Source: Myxococcota bacterium
Lineage (GTDB): Bacteria; Myxococcota_A; UBA796; UBA2385
Reading direction: 5' to 3'
NCBI GenBank assembly: GCA_044344255.1
Contig: JBIJDH010000003.1
Span: 224,001 to 288,000, forward strand
DNA length: 64,000 bases
The stretch's first letter is position 1. Each line of letters begins with the position of its first letter. This document shows, one piece after another, positions 53,054 to 63,668 of the stretch. Position numbers and translations under genes: made by a program. Under the pieces are notes generated by a model that was not told the DNA's origin, ran no database searches, and saw only the letters and a program-made list of their open reading frames with translations.

Positions 53054-53973
53054 GGATCAAAGGGCATCCGGGGCCCCCAGCTCACCGACTCCCCGGCGGT
53101 GATCGCCTTGAAGTTGGCCCGACCGATCGCGGCGTCTCCGCTCGACACGCAGCGCTCGTAGGCCGCGGCCTCGATGTCCGAGCGCTCCGTGTGGGTGCGG
53201 CCGATGCTGGCCAACAGGCCCTCCTTGAAGGCGCCGACCGCGGTCGGGGAGCGTCGAGCGACCAGGAGGGCGAGCTGCCAGGCTCGCTCCAGCGCCGCCT
53301 CCTGGGTGGCGGCCTGCTCCTGGACGAGGCCGATGCGGCAGGCCTCGGTCGCGTCGATGCGCTCGCCGGTCATGCCCAGGCGGAGCGCCTGAGCGGGGCC
53401 GATGAGCGACCAGAGCTCGCTCGTGCCGCCGGCGCCCGGTAGGATGCCGATGCCCGTCTCGGGGAGCGCGAACTGGCCGTTGGGACCGCTGATCCGGTAG
53501 TCGGCTGTGATCAGGAACTCCGTCCCCCAGCCGAGCGCGACGCCATCCACCACCGCGATGTGGAAGACCGGCGCCCGGCGGAGCCGCTGCAACACGCTGC
53601 GCTGGTATCGCACGTGGGCCCGGATCTGGTCGTCGGACCAGCCCACCCGTTCGGTGACGTTGGCGCCGGAGATGAAGATCGGTGTGCCGGAGGCGCTGCG
53701 GCGACGGCTCCAGGTGATCAGGGCTCGGACCTCCCCGGACTCGAGGTGCTTGGTGAGCGCCTCCCACTCCTCGAGCTCGGCGCGCCCCATCTCATTGGCG
53801 CGCCCGTGGTTGAGCTCCACGGAGAGCACCCGCGGATCCGAGCTGCCGGTCGAGCTCGCCAGCGCGGCGCTCACGCGGAGGCTGCGCGTGGGGGGGGGAG
53901 AGCTGTGTGTGGGGGAGCTTGGGAGCGGAGCGCTGAGGGGCCCCGGGGCGGGATCGGCGATGTCGGTGCTCAT
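53050..53973 (-). CDS. Enoyl-CoA hydratase/isomerase family protein
   Basis: FISGAN, IAVVDGVALGWGTE, FALPETGIGILPGAGGT, MTGERIDA.EA.RIGLV. Confidence 0.9.
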   Translation of the reverse strand: MSTDIADPAPGPLSAPLPSSPTHSSPPPTRSLRVSAALASSTGSSDPRVLSVELNHGRANEMGRAELEEWEALTKHLESGEVRALITWSRRRSASGTPIFISGANVTERVGWSDDQIRAHVRYQRSVLQRLRRAPVFHIAVVDGVALGWGTEFLITADYRISGPNGQFALPETGIGILPGAGGTSELWSLIGPAQALRLGMTGERIDATEACRIGLVQEQAATQEAALERAWQLALLVARRSPTAVGAFKEGLLASIGRTHTERSDIEAAAYERCVSSGDAAIGRANFKAITAGESVSWGPRMPFDP

Positions 53974-54067
53974 CCTGGGGCCCTAACTCCCTCGGAGACG
54001 CGACCGCACCGTCACAGGCGGCGGCATGCCGGTGAGGTTATCGCCCAAGGAGCAAGTCGAGGCCCCC

Positions 54068-54634
54068 ATGCTGCACCCTTCCGCGACTCCCGTTGTCCCG
54101 TCCGCGGTGCTCGGCTCTCTCTCGGGCCGCTCGGCGGCGCTCTGCGCGGCGCTCTGTCTCGGCGCTTGTGCGAAGGAGGTGAGCCTCGAGGGGAGCTGGT
54201 CGGGCACGCTCGTGTGTGACGCGGCCTCCTATGAGTTCACCGATGAGGACGGTGAGCCCTACACCGTGGAGGTCGCGAGCTACGATGTCCTCACCACGCT
54301 CTCCCTCGAGGCCCCGAACGAGGATCGGATCTACCGAGGGCTGCTGGAGAGCAACGCGACCTACGAGGCCGATGACTCTCGGAGGCAGAGGCCCTTCCTC
54401 TACGAGACCCTCCGCGCCTATGACGTGGAGCTCACCCAGAAGTATGGCTCCGGCCAGCAGGGGGTGGAGCTCGTCGAGGTCTGCGGTGAGGCGCGCGTGA
54501 CGGTAGACGGGGACGTGATCTCCGACACCTGCGAGGAGGTCGATGATCCAGGCGGGATCGAGGTCTTCATCTGGGACGGTGAGGATGAGCTCGCCGTTCA
54601 ACGAACCACCTGCGCCGGCGCCCTGAGCCGCTGA
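54068..54634 (+). CDS. Putative acidic lipoprotein
   Basis: LGAC lipobox followed by LEGSWSGTL; start uncertain. Confidence 0.55.
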   Translation: MLHPSATPVVPSAVLGSLSGRSAALCAALCLGACAKEVSLEGSWSGTLVCDAASYEFTDEDGEPYTVEVASYDVLTTLSLEAPNEDRIYRGLLESNATYEADDSRRQRPFLYETLRAYDVELTQKYGSGQQGVELVEVCGEARVTVDGDVISDTCEEVDDPGGIEVFIWDGEDELAVQRTTCAGALSR

Positions 54635-54643
54635 GGGAGCGCT

Positions 54644-56701
54644 GTGGGCTTGGATCTACGACGGGTCGCGCGGGTCTTCGGCGGAGGTCGCTCCGGTGAG
54701 GCGACCGCCTGCGCCCGCGCCCTCACCGTGCTCGCAGGCCGCACCCTCTCGGTCGAGCTGCTCCCGGGCGGCACCGCGGAGCTCACGCGCGCCGCGCTCA
54801 CGGCGCGCGCGATCGCCGTTCAAGATCCAGTCCCTTGGCCCTGTGCGGTGATGCGTCAGCTGGATCCCGACGATCCGGCCTTTCTGCCCGCGATCGGCCT
54901 CCACCCGGTGCTGGCCGCGCGGGACCGCTCCCGGCTCGGCCTGCCGGGTCGCCCCCGCACGGCCTGGGTCGACCCCGCGGGTTGGAGCGGCCTCGAAGGG
55001 GGGCCCTCGGTGACGGTCTGGTTCGCGGATGGCGCCGAGGCCTCCTGCGTGGGGCGCCAGCCCGGCTTCTCCTCGGCGGGGGCCGCGCCCGTCCTGCAGC
55101 GCCGGAGCCCGGACGGGGTGGGCCTGGAGACCATCACCACCGTCGGCGCCCTCGAGCTCCGGCTCGAACATTGGCCGGTGGTGGTGCAGGGGGCCCTCGC
55201 CTGGGCGATCCAGGCCACCCTGCTCAACCTGAGCGAACGCCCGAGCGCGGCCCGCTTGGCCTTCGCGATCCGCCCCGCCGGCTTCGACGGGGTGGCGCCC
55301 ATCTTCCAGCTCGACCGCGACGCGCAAGGCACCTGGAAGGCCGACGAGACGCCCCTGCTCGCGTTCTCCCGCCCCGGCGACGAGCTCCTGACCGGCCGAC
55401 ACTCCGATCCAGACCCCTGGCTGCGCTTCTCCGGCCTCGCCCCTGCGCAGCCCGTGCCCGTCGGTCGGATCGAGCTCCACTGCGGCGCCGGGCTGGCCAC
55501 GGCGGCGGAGGTGTGGCGAATCCCCCTCCAGCCGGGGGAGCGCACCTCCCGCCTCGCGATCCTCGGGCCGCCCACCGAGGCCGCCTCCGCCCTCACCCGG
55601 ACGAACGGCGCCTCGCTTCGCCGCAGCGCGGCCGCCGATCGGGACGGCCTGCTCGCCTCTGGTTGCCAGATTGAGCTCCGGGAACACACGAGCCTCCTCG
55701 CCGCCGCCCGTGATCGCCTGTTGGATGAGCCGGTCCGGGGCGACCTCGCCGCCTGCCTCGGCGCCGTCGCGCTCGCTCGGCTGGGCTTTGTTCGGCGTGC
55801 GGAGGAGCGGATCGGCGGCTGGCTCGACGAGGTGGGCCGCGACGGCCGCATCCCGGGCTCGGACCACGAAGAGGGGGCGGTCCTCGCCTGGGCCGCGGCG
55901 GAGCTCCGCACCTGGACCGGCGACCGAGGCTGGGCCCGCGAGCATGACGAAGGTTGGCTGCGCATCCTCGACCGCTTGTCGGAGGGGGCCCTCGAGCCGG
56001 GCGGCCACGCCCTCTTCGGCCCAGATGGCAGCATCCGCTGGACCACGATCTGGGCCACCGCCGCGCTGTTGTCGAGCGCCGCCGCGCTGCGCGGCCAACG
56101 AGAGGAGCACGGAGAGCTCGCCCTCGCCGGGGGCCGCCTCCGAGAGGGCCTCCTCGGCGTCCTCGGGGAGGCCCCCTGGTCGGCCTCGCCGGGCCGCGCC
56201 CCGGATGGCTCGAGCGCGGCGCTGCTCGCCGCGGTCTGGCTCGGCCTCGTCCCGCCGGATGCCCCGGCCGTGACTCGCACCCTCGACCATGTGCGGGCTC
56301 GTTGCTGGCACGGCGGTGGAGTGCTGCTCCAAGGCGGGGCGCACGTCGGCGCGACCTCGCTCTTCGCCGCCGTCGAGGCGCGGCTCGACCCTCGCTTCGA
56401 CCCCCTCGCCCGCATCGCACCTCTGGCGTCGCCCACCGGGGCCCTCCCCACCGCCCGTCACCCGGCGCGGGGCGCGGTCGGCGAAGGGGATGACGCGCTC
56501 TCCGCCGCCCTCTTCGTGCTGCTGGTCCTCGACTGTGTGCAGGTAGACCGTGGGGTCATCGCGATCGGCCGCGGGCTGTCGCGGGCCCGCGACCTGCCGA
56601 CGCCGTACGGTCGCCTCGACGTCGACCTCCTGGACGACGGCCGGCGGGTCGTGACCGGGCGCTGGCGTGGCGCGCCGCCCCAGGTCCTGATCCGCGACTG
56701 A
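54644..56701 (+). CDS. Hypothetical protein, possibly a six-hairpin glycosidase-like fold
   Basis: Beta-rich N-half plus helical-toroid-like C-half and PTPYGRL tail; catalytic residues not identified. Confidence 0.45.
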   Translation: MGLDLRRVARVFGGGRSGEATACARALTVLAGRTLSVELLPGGTAELTRAALTARAIAVQDPVPWPCAVMRQLDPDDPAFLPAIGLHPVLAARDRSRLGLPGRPRTAWVDPAGWSGLEGGPSVTVWFADGAEASCVGRQPGFSSAGAAPVLQRRSPDGVGLETITTVGALELRLEHWPVVVQGALAWAIQATLLNLSERPSAARLAFAIRPAGFDGVAPIFQLDRDAQGTWKADETPLLAFSRPGDELLTGRHSDPDPWLRFSGLAPAQPVPVGRIELHCGAGLATAAEVWRIPLQPGERTSRLAILGPPTEAASALTRTNGASLRRSAAADRDGLLASGCQIELREHTSLLAAARDRLLDEPVRGDLAACLGAVALARLGFVRRAEERIGGWLDEVGRDGRIPGSDHEEGAVLAWAAAELRTWTGDRGWAREHDEGWLRILDRLSEGALEPGGHALFGPDGSIRWTTIWATAALLSSAAALRGQREEHGELALAGGRLREGLLGVLGEAPWSASPGRAPDGSSAALLAAVWLGLVPPDAPAVTRTLDHVRARCWHGGGVLLQGGAHVGATSLFAAVEARLDPRFDPLARIAPLASPTGALPTARHPARGAVGEGDDALSAALFVLLVLDCVQVDRGVIAIGRGLSRARDLPTPYGRLDVDLLDDGRRVVTGRWRGAPPQVLIRD

Positions 56702-56729
56702 GCGGCGACCAGGTCGCGCGGCGGTCTGC

Positions 56730-58274
56730 TCATTCTGCGGTGCGCGTGTCCTTGCCCCAGGCCCAGGTGAGGCCGACGCTGGCCATCGCGATCGAGGACT
56801 TGAACTTGCCGTTCCCGACCACCTTGCCGTTGGTGATCGGGTACTCGACGTCTGGGTTGGAGGCCGTCAGCGGATCGATGGCCACCTCGAGGCGCCGCAC
56901 GTCGCTGTCCTTGATGTCGATCTCGGGCATGAAGCTGCCGAGCCCGCCGATGTCGACCGTGAGGTGCTTGCCGGCCTTCACCGAGCCGCCGAGGCCGAAG
57001 CCGATCTTGTTGCCGTCGGCGAGGTTTACGCCCTGGGTGGCGTCGGGCACGCCGCTCGTCTCATAGAAGACGCCGCCGCGCAGGCGGACGGGGTCGGCGA
57101 CGTCATAATGCCCGCCCAGGCGTACGCTCCAGGCGTCCTGGTAGTTCGCCGGCAGGTAGACCGGCCCGTTGATGCTCGTCCCGTCGGGGGGGAGCTTGAT
57201 GAGGGGGTCGGTGTTGTCGGGATCGGCGGCCAGGTGCACGGAGAGATCGTCGATGGTGATGGTCTCGGTCTGGCTCCAGCGCTGGAAGACGCCCGCGAGC
57301 TCGATCTCCGAGCGGTCGGTGGGCCGAATGGCGACGCCGCTGCGGAGGGTGAGAGGGAGCTGGAGCCGAACGCTGATGTCATCGTCGCTGAGCGGCTCCT
57401 CTTCGAGGGCCACGAGCAGCCAGTGGTCGTCCGCGGTGACCCCATCCTGCTTCTTGCCCTCGGCGTCCACCGTGAGGCTCCCGTCACCGTCCACCTTCAT
57501 CGGAGGCATCACGCTCAAGCCGATGCTGATCCACGGCTTGGGCTCGATGAGCACGCCGGCGTTCCACGTGAGCGTCCATCGGTCGAGCATCTTCATCGCG
57601 ATGTCCACGCGGTCGTTGCCCGCCGTGTCCCCGCCGATCGCGACAGGCTCCTCGGGGCAGCCGGCGTCGGCGGTGCCGGTGGTGGAGCCGTCTCCGTCGA
57701 GATCGTCGGACTTGTTGTCCAGGCAGAGCTCGATGGCCAGCGACTGTTCGGCCCGCATCAAGGACCAGGCCACGCCGCCGCCGACCGTGAGCCAGGGCAG
57801 CGGGCGCCAAGCGGCCGAGGGGCCGGCCCAGGTCTGCCAGACGAGGGCGTCGACCAGCGTGTTGTTCTGCGGTCCGTCGGACGGCCAGGCCATGTCGGGC
57901 GAGAACGGGGTGTAGAGGCCGAAGGCGAAGTAGGCGTTCTTCAGCCCGAAGTTGTGACCCACGCTGAGGGCGGGGATCTCCATCGGGTTGAAGTCGTTCT
58001 CGACCGCGTCGTACTCCTGGGACACCGCGCCGTCGAGCCCGTAGTCCACGCGCTCGAAGCGTACGAATTGGTGCACCTCGGAGAAGTTCAGCATCGCCTG
58101 GGGGCGGCCGAGGTGGATCAGACCGGCCGGGTTGTAGTACTGGGCCGAGAGATCGTCGACGCCGGCGACGAAGGCGCCGCCTCGGGCCATCCCGCGGGTG
58201 CCCACGTCGAGGAAGTAGTACGCGGAGGCGTGGGCGGAGCCGGACAGTCCGGCGAGGGCGAGAAGTGCGAGCAC
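56730..58274 (-). CDS. OmpP1/FadL family outer-membrane transporter
   Basis: Signal peptide AHA, G.RGMARGGAFVA..DD.SA.YYNPAGL, FGLYTPF, WS, LRGGVFYE. Confidence 0.88.
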   Translation of the reverse strand: MLALLALAGLSGSAHASAYYFLDVGTRGMARGGAFVAGVDDLSAQYYNPAGLIHLGRPQAMLNFSEVHQFVRFERVDYGLDGAVSQEYDAVENDFNPMEIPALSVGHNFGLKNAYFAFGLYTPFSPDMAWPSDGPQNNTLVDALVWQTWAGPSAAWRPLPWLTVGGGVAWSLMRAEQSLAIELCLDNKSDDLDGDGSTTGTADAGCPEEPVAIGGDTAGNDRVDIAMKMLDRWTLTWNAGVLIEPKPWISIGLSVMPPMKVDGDGSLTVDAEGKKQDGVTADDHWLLVALEEEPLSDDDISVRLQLPLTLRSGVAIRPTDRSEIELAGVFQRWSQTETITIDDLSVHLAADPDNTDPLIKLPPDGTSINGPVYLPANYQDAWSVRLGGHYDVADPVRLRGGVFYETSGVPDATQGVNLADGNKIGFGLGGSVKAGKHLTVDIGGLGSFMPEIDIKDSDVRRLEVAIDPLTASNPDVEYPITNGKVVGNGKFKSSIAMASVGLTWAWGKDTRTAE

Positions 58275-58517
58275 GAACACCTCCGAGAGCGGGAGCACAC
58301 TCGGGTGGGCCCGCCGCGCGGACCCGGTGGAGATCCCGAGGGCCCTCCTGTATACCAGGAAGCTCACCCGCCGTGGAGCCACGGCCTCCATCCCCGCTCC
58401 AGCGACGAAGGCGGCCGTGGGGGCGCTCTGGGTGTCGCGCCCTCCGCGAGGCGGTAGAGTCTGGTCGGCGCCGGGGCGGCGCTGGCCCACTGTGTCGGGC
58501 CGAACGTTGGAGGGGCC

Positions 58518-59795
58518 ATGAACGCGACTGAACGCTGTCCGAGCTGCGCCCGTTCGAACGCCGTGACACGCCAAACCTGCCTCTATTGTGGCGCCAACCT
58601 TCCGGAACCCCGCCCGGCGGCGGCGCAGGGGCAGATCGAGCTTCCGCCGGATCTCGACGAGCTCGTCCGTCAGGCCTTGAGCGGCGGCAGCGTCTCCAAG
58701 GTCAAGGCCGCCCTCGATCAAGCGCGGACCGCCCGAGCTGCGACGGCGTCGGCCTCCCTCGCGGCTCCGAGCCCCCTCTCCGCAGGGCGTCCGGGCCGGC
58801 CTGAAGCCGCTTCGTCCGAGGCGCCGTCCGCTCCGGCCGCTCTCTCCTTAGATGTCCTGTTGGCCGAGCTTCGCGGCCTCTCGGAGCAGGCCGATGTGGC
58901 CTGGCGGGGGCGTCGTCCTTCGGAGGTGGTCGTCGCCCTGGGCGCGCTCCGTCGTACCCTCTCTCTGGTCGAGGCCCACCCAGGGCTGCGGGCAGCACCC
59001 CCGGGGGTGGTGCTGCCGCCGATCCGCCAACCCTGGATCCTGATCGTGGAGGGCGCCGGGGATGGCGGTCGAGCGGCGGCGATGGCCCTCGCCCTCGAGG
59101 TCGACAACGCGACGGCGAGGATGCTCGCCGTGGCCCGGTGCCCGCGGGTGGCCATGCGGGGTGACGATCGGGCGCACCTCACGCGCCTCTCGCGGCGGGT
59201 GGTTGAGATCGTCGGGGTTGGGGCCGCCGTCGCCAGCCGGGACGACTTGCTCTGCATCGGCCCCCCGCGCACCTGGCTGCGGGCGGATGGGCCGGGGCAG
59301 CTCTGGGTGACCGACGAGGCCGTGTGGTTCGGCGGGGCCGAGGGTGTCGATGGCCAGGCGGCGGAGGCGGGCCCGATCTACTTAGCCGTGCCCGGCGAGA
59401 TCGTGCACCGGCGGATCCGGAGCGGCCCGGAGCGGCGCGGGGGCCGCTCGACCGACCTCAATGAGCGACGGGTGGCGGTGCTCGATCTGCACGGCCCCCG
59501 TGAGTTCTATCGGCTGGTCGAGGGGGTCACCGAGACCGCCGGCCTGCCCGGCTTCGAGGTCAACGGCGCGCGGCGCTCCCTCCGTGGCTTCACCGAGCGC
59601 CTGGGCGAATGGTGGCCCGAGCTGACCGCAGTGGAGGGGCGGGTCTGTCAGCCCGGTGACGCGCCTTCGCCGAGCCCCACCGGTGAGCGGCCCGATGTGG
59701 TCGAGATCACCGGCTGGCCCCTTTGGGAGGAGCACACCCGCCTGTGCCGCCTCCTCGCCGGCTTGGGCGTGCCGGAAGCGCAGGCCATCGGCTGA
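58518..59795 (+). CDS. Hypothetical protein with N-terminal zinc ribbon
   Basis: CPSC...CLYCG; GGAGG RBS. Confidence 0.65.
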   Translation: MNATERCPSCARSNAVTRQTCLYCGANLPEPRPAAAQGQIELPPDLDELVRQALSGGSVSKVKAALDQARTARAATASASLAAPSPLSAGRPGRPEAASSEAPSAPAALSLDVLLAELRGLSEQADVAWRGRRPSEVVVALGALRRTLSLVEAHPGLRAAPPGVVLPPIRQPWILIVEGAGDGGRAAAMALALEVDNATARMLAVARCPRVAMRGDDRAHLTRLSRRVVEIVGVGAAVASRDDLLCIGPPRTWLRADGPGQLWVTDEAVWFGGAEGVDGQAAEAGPIYLAVPGEIVHRRIRSGPERRGGRSTDLNERRVAVLDLHGPREFYRLVEGVTETAGLPGFEVNGARRSLRGFTERLGEWWPELTAVEGRVCQPGDAPSPSPTGERPDVVEITGWPLWEEHTRLCRLLAGLGVPEAQAIG

Positions 59796-59805
59796 TCGGG
59801 GGCCG

Positions 59806-61701
59806 TCAGGGGTCGAGCCAACGCCGGGCTTGACCCTCCTCCCAGCCGGCCCGCAGGGCGGCCCGCGAGCCCTCGTCCGGCGCGCTCACCGCGCTGGGAT
59901 CGCTGGTGGGCCCCCACTCTTCCCCGAGCCCGAAGCCGAAGCCCTCCCAGAAGGCCGGGGCGATCGCCGTGGGGACGGACGGAACCTCAAGCGACTTCGG
60001 TTGGGCAAAGGCGGTGATGTCGCTGGCGTAGCGCCGGCCGGCGGCCCAGGCGACGGCCCTGCGTAAGCGCGGGCTCCGGGCCTCCAAGAGGCGCGAGAGC
60101 TCGATCAGGGCCCGCTCGTCGTGCCGCTGGAGGGCGAGGGTCCAGTCCGCTCGTGCCCCTGCACGGCGAGCGGCGGCGGCCCGGAGCGCCGGCTCGATGA
60201 GCGGCTGCGTGTCCAGGTCGAGCGTCTCGAGGCGCGCCTCGGCGGCGGCCAGGGCGTCGACGCCGCCGGCCTCGTCGCCGTCCAACTGCTCGATCAGGGC
60301 CTCCCCGACGCCCTCGGCCCAGGCCTGGTCGGGCTCCCGCGGCTGCAGTCCCGCGAGCGAGGCGCCGCGGTCTGCGAGCAGTCGGTGGCTGAGGCTGTTC
60401 CGTCCGAGGGCGTAGGCGTGCAGGGCCTGCGAGCGTGGGTCCACCGAGCGGCAGGCCGCGTGCTCCTCATCGCGCAGCAGGTAGCTGACTTGGAGGCGGA
60501 GGCTCTCGAGGTCTACCGGATCCATCCGGGCGACCGAGACCGTCGGGAAGGGCCCCCGTAGGGCCTCGAGCCGCGCCGCCGCGCCGCTCAGCAGCACCGG
60601 GCCGATCAGCAGGGCGCGGGCGGCCGAGCTGCGGAGTCCGGCTGTCCCCAGGGCGAGGAGGAGGGCGATCAAGGGGTAGATCGGCGCCGCGTAGCGGAGG
60701 GATCCGGGACCTGCGATCTCCGGCCAAGGCGGATCGTAGATCTGAAAGCGCACGAGCGAGTAGGTGACGAGCCAGGCCCCGAGGAAGGCGAGGGGGACCC
60801 GGAGGGGCGGCCGTTGGAGCGCGAGCAGCAGGCCGCCCAGGATGGACGCGGCGGCCCCCCAGCCGAGCAGCCAGCCGCCGGGTGCGTATGGGAGCCCGAA
60901 CAGCGCGACGAGCTGGCCCGGGGTGAAGAGGGTGGCGAGCTTGTGGGGCAGCCGCGCGAGGGATGGGAGCGCTTCTCCCGGTTCATAGATCGTCACGAAG
61001 GGCTGGGTGTGCGCCGTCAGCCATTGGCCGAGCCACGGGCTGAGGCCGAGCCCGATTCCCACCAGCGTGGGCACGAGGAGCCGCGGCTGACGGCGGGCGA
61101 CGGGGAGGCAGAGGGTGGCGACCAAGGCCGGAGCGCCTGAAAAGGAGACCCAGGTGGCGAGACCGGCGAGCAGCCCGGCGAGCGCCGCGGTCCCAGGGCG
61201 CCCAGGGCCGAGCAGCACGAGCGCCGCCATCGCGCCGAGGGCGCCGGCCTCGACATGGTTTCCCCAGGCGATCAGGGAGAGGTGCAACGCTGCCGCAGGA
61301 GGGAGCGCCATGAGCGCGGCCCAGGTCGCGGGGCCGATCCTGTCCCCCCCTTCGGACAGCCGACGGAGGCCCACGGCGGTGAGTAGCGCCGTGAAGCCGA
61401 TGGGGACGAGCTTCCAGGCGAGCCAGCTTCGAGGCAGCAGCGAGAAGACCGCGGCGCCGAGCGCTGCGTCTAGCGTGCAGCCCCCACAAAAGTCGCGGTA
61501 TTGGAGCCGCCACAGCGCGTCGAGGTGCCCATGGAGCAGAAGCCAACCGTGGCCCGCGTTGTACATCTCCTCAGGGTCCCGCTCGACCAGGGCGGGGTTG
61601 AGCACCGCGAGCGCCTGAAGGAGCCCGATGGCGGTCGTGAGGGCGAAGATCGCAGGCCAACCGAGGGCGGCGCCGCGCTCAGCCATCCGAAGGAGGGTCA
61701 C
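59806..61701 (-). CDS. Polytopic membrane protein, GT-C (ArnT/PMT-like) glycosyltransferase candidate
   Basis: Acidic DPEE after TM1, about 11 TMs, RY..P motif, soluble C-domain. Confidence 0.5.
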   Translation of the reverse strand: MTLLRMAERGAALGWPAIFALTTAIGLLQALAVLNPALVERDPEEMYNAGHGWLLLHGHLDALWRLQYRDFCGGCTLDAALGAAVFSLLPRSWLAWKLVPIGFTALLTAVGLRRLSEGGDRIGPATWAALMALPPAAALHLSLIAWGNHVEAGALGAMAALVLLGPGRPGTAALAGLLAGLATWVSFSGAPALVATLCLPVARRQPRLLVPTLVGIGLGLSPWLGQWLTAHTQPFVTIYEPGEALPSLARLPHKLATLFTPGQLVALFGLPYAPGGWLLGWGAAASILGGLLLALQRPPLRVPLAFLGAWLVTYSLVRFQIYDPPWPEIAGPGSLRYAAPIYPLIALLLALGTAGLRSSAARALLIGPVLLSGAAARLEALRGPFPTVSVARMDPVDLESLRLQVSYLLRDEEHAACRSVDPRSQALHAYALGRNSLSHRLLADRGASLAGLQPREPDQAWAEGVGEALIEQLDGDEAGGVDALAAAEARLETLDLDTQPLIEPALRAAAARRAGARADWTLALQRHDERALIELSRLLEARSPRLRRAVAWAAGRRYASDITAFAQPKSLEVPSVPTAIAPAFWEGFGFGLGEEWGPTSDPSAVSAPDEGSRAALRAGWEEGQARRWLDP

Positions 61702-62245
61702 CCATCCGGGTGAGCATGAACCAGGCCGGGAAGGGCTTGCCCTTCTTGGTCGCCGCGCCGATCGTGCAGTGCCGGGAGACGCGCCGGAGGTGGTCGACCA
61801 GCTCCCCGAAGATGAGGCCGCGGGTGCCGCCGTTGTTGTCGATCAGCGCCGGGAATCCTGCGGGCACGTCGGCCGGCAGTCGGGTGTAGTCGACCCGAAG
61901 CTCAGCCCCCTCCTCCGCGCAGGTGAAATGACCGGGCCCGGAGACCCAGGCCACGATCGCCGGGTTGTGGTTGTACCCCTGAACCTGTCCGTTCCGGAGC
62001 ACGAAGCGCTTTTGAAAGCGAGTGAATGCAGGGAGGGAGTTCTGGCCCTCGTGGATCACGATCTCGCCTTCGGCGCCACCGAGGAGGCTCAGCGGGACGG
62101 CCTCACCCGCGGCCAGCGCGTACAACGCTCGGAGCTCCCCCCTCCCAAGGCCCCGCATCCAGTTCACCCGTTGGTCCGAGGTCGCCGCGTCGAGCGCCTG
62201 CCGGATCGGGGGGAGTGAATCGGAGAGCGAGGGGAGGGGGATCAC
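61679..62245 (-). CDS. Hypothetical protein
   Basis: Compact ORF in the operon after the TlpA-like gene; normal composition. Confidence 0.6.
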   Translation of the reverse strand: MIPLPSLSDSLPPIRQALDAATSDQRVNWMRGLGRGELRALYALAAGEAVPLSLLGGAEGEIVIHEGQNSLPAFTRFQKRFVLRNGQVQGYNHNPAIVAWVSGPGHFTCAEEGAELRVDYTRLPADVPAGFPALIDNNGGTRGLIFGELVDHLRRVSRHCTIGAATKKGKPFPAWFMLTRMGDPPSDG

Positions 62246-62251
62246 GGCGGC

Positions 62252-63037
62252 TCAGGAGGCGATGAGCTTGTTCAGCATGTCCGGAGTGATGCGCTGGGGG
62301 TGTCCGCGCCAGATGATCTTGCCGTTCTTGACCAGCGCGGCGGCTGGGATGCCGCTCACGTTGAAGAGCTCGGCGATCTTGCCGTTCTCCTTCGCGATCG
62401 GGTAGGTCACCTTGTTCTCCTTCAGGAACTCCTCGACCTTCTCCGGGGTCGAGCTCTTCGTGATGCGGGTGTAGCCGACCACCTTGAGGCCCTTGCCCTT
62501 GTACTCGTTGTAGGTGGCCTCGAGCTCGGGCACCTCCCGCTTGCAGTGCGGGCACCAGACCTCCCAGAAGACAACGAGGGTGGCGCCCTCGGAGAGCTCA
62601 CCGTCCTTGGCGGAGCCGATGAACCACTTCTCCACGTTGGAGTCGACCCCTGCGGGGAGCTCGCGGCCGAAGACCTCAAGCTCGGCCTTCATCCGGGAGG
62701 CGCTCTTGGCGGTGTTGGTGTCGCCGAAGTTCTCGAAGAGCTCGGCTACCTTGGCCTTGGCGGCCTCGGTCTCGCCCTTCTCCATGGCCTCGTTGGCGGC
62801 GGTGAAGAGCTCCTTGGCCTTTGCCTCCTTCGCCGGATCGGCCGCCGGAGCCGCGGCGCGGGCGCCCGGCTTGGACTCCAGGGTCTTCACCTTCTCCTCT
62901 AGGCCGACCACTCGGCTCTCCAAGTCTTTCACGCGATCTTCGGTCGCGCAGCTCGAGAGGAGGAGGCCGGAGGAGGCCAGGAGGAGGCCAATGCGGACGG
63001 ACCGCAGGCCGAATCGGGAGGTGAAGGGCGAGTTCAT
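62252..63037 (-). CDS. TlpA-like thioredoxin-fold lipoprotein
   Basis: LSSC lipobox, coiled coil and TPR-like hairpin, VVFWEVWCPHC, GIP cis-Pro loop. Confidence 0.88.
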   Translation of the reverse strand: MNSPFTSRFGLRSVRIGLLLASSGLLLSSCATEDRVKDLESRVVGLEEKVKTLESKPGARAAAPAADPAKEAKAKELFTAANEAMEKGETEAAKAKVAELFENFGDTNTAKSASRMKAELEVFGRELPAGVDSNVEKWFIGSAKDGELSEGATLVVFWEVWCPHCKREVPELEATYNEYKGKGLKVVGYTRITKSSTPEKVEEFLKENKVTYPIAKENGKIAELFNVSGIPAAALVKNGKIIWRGHPQRITPDMLNKLIAS

Positions 63038-63164
63038 GCGATGACCCTCGGATCGAATGGGGGGCCCACGTAGCCCAAGATCAGGTAGACCTGCAAGTCG
63101 TCGGGGCTGGCGCTTGCGATGGATGACGACACGGGATACCCCGCCGGCCTTCCGAGAGCTGAAG

Positions 63165-63668
63165 ATGCTGGAAGCGGTCCTGTTCTACCTGCTGGCCATC
63201 GGTGCCATCGTCGCTGGGATCACGGTGGTCACCCGCCGGAACGCGATCTCGTCTGCGGTGGCCCTTGTCGTCTGCTTCTTCTTCCTCTCCGGTTTGTACG
63301 TCCTGTTGGACGCGCACTTCGTGGCGGTCACACAGATCCTGGTCTACGCCGGCGCCATCATGGTGCTGTTCATCTTCGTGATCATGCTGCTCAACCTTCG
63401 GGGTGACGGCGCGAAGCTGATCGGCGACCTACCGGCGCGCGGCGTGTTCGGGCTGGCCGCGGCGGGGCTCACCGGCCTCGGGCTGCTGGTCGCGTTGGAG
63501 GCCGTCCTCCATGAAGACTTTGGCTCCGCGCCCGGAGACTTCGGTACGATTGAGTCCGTCGGAATGGCGCTCTTCGGGGGCGCTTACCTCCTGCCCTTCG
63601 AGATCGCCTCCGCTCTGCTCACGGTCGCGATGATCGGGGCGGTGGTGTTGGCCAAGCGGGAGATTTGA
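63165..63668 (+). CDS. nuoJ: NADH-quinone oxidoreductase subunit J
   Basis: QILVYAGAIMVLFIFVIML, YLLPFEIAS.LL.VAMIGAVVLA. Confidence 0.95.
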   Translation: MLEAVLFYLLAIGAIVAGITVVTRRNAISSAVALVVCFFFLSGLYVLLDAHFVAVTQILVYAGAIMVLFIFVIMLLNLRGDGAKLIGDLPARGVFGLAAAGLTGLGLLVALEAVLHEDFGSAPGDFGTIESVGMALFGGAYLLPFEIASALLTVAMIGAVVLAKREI

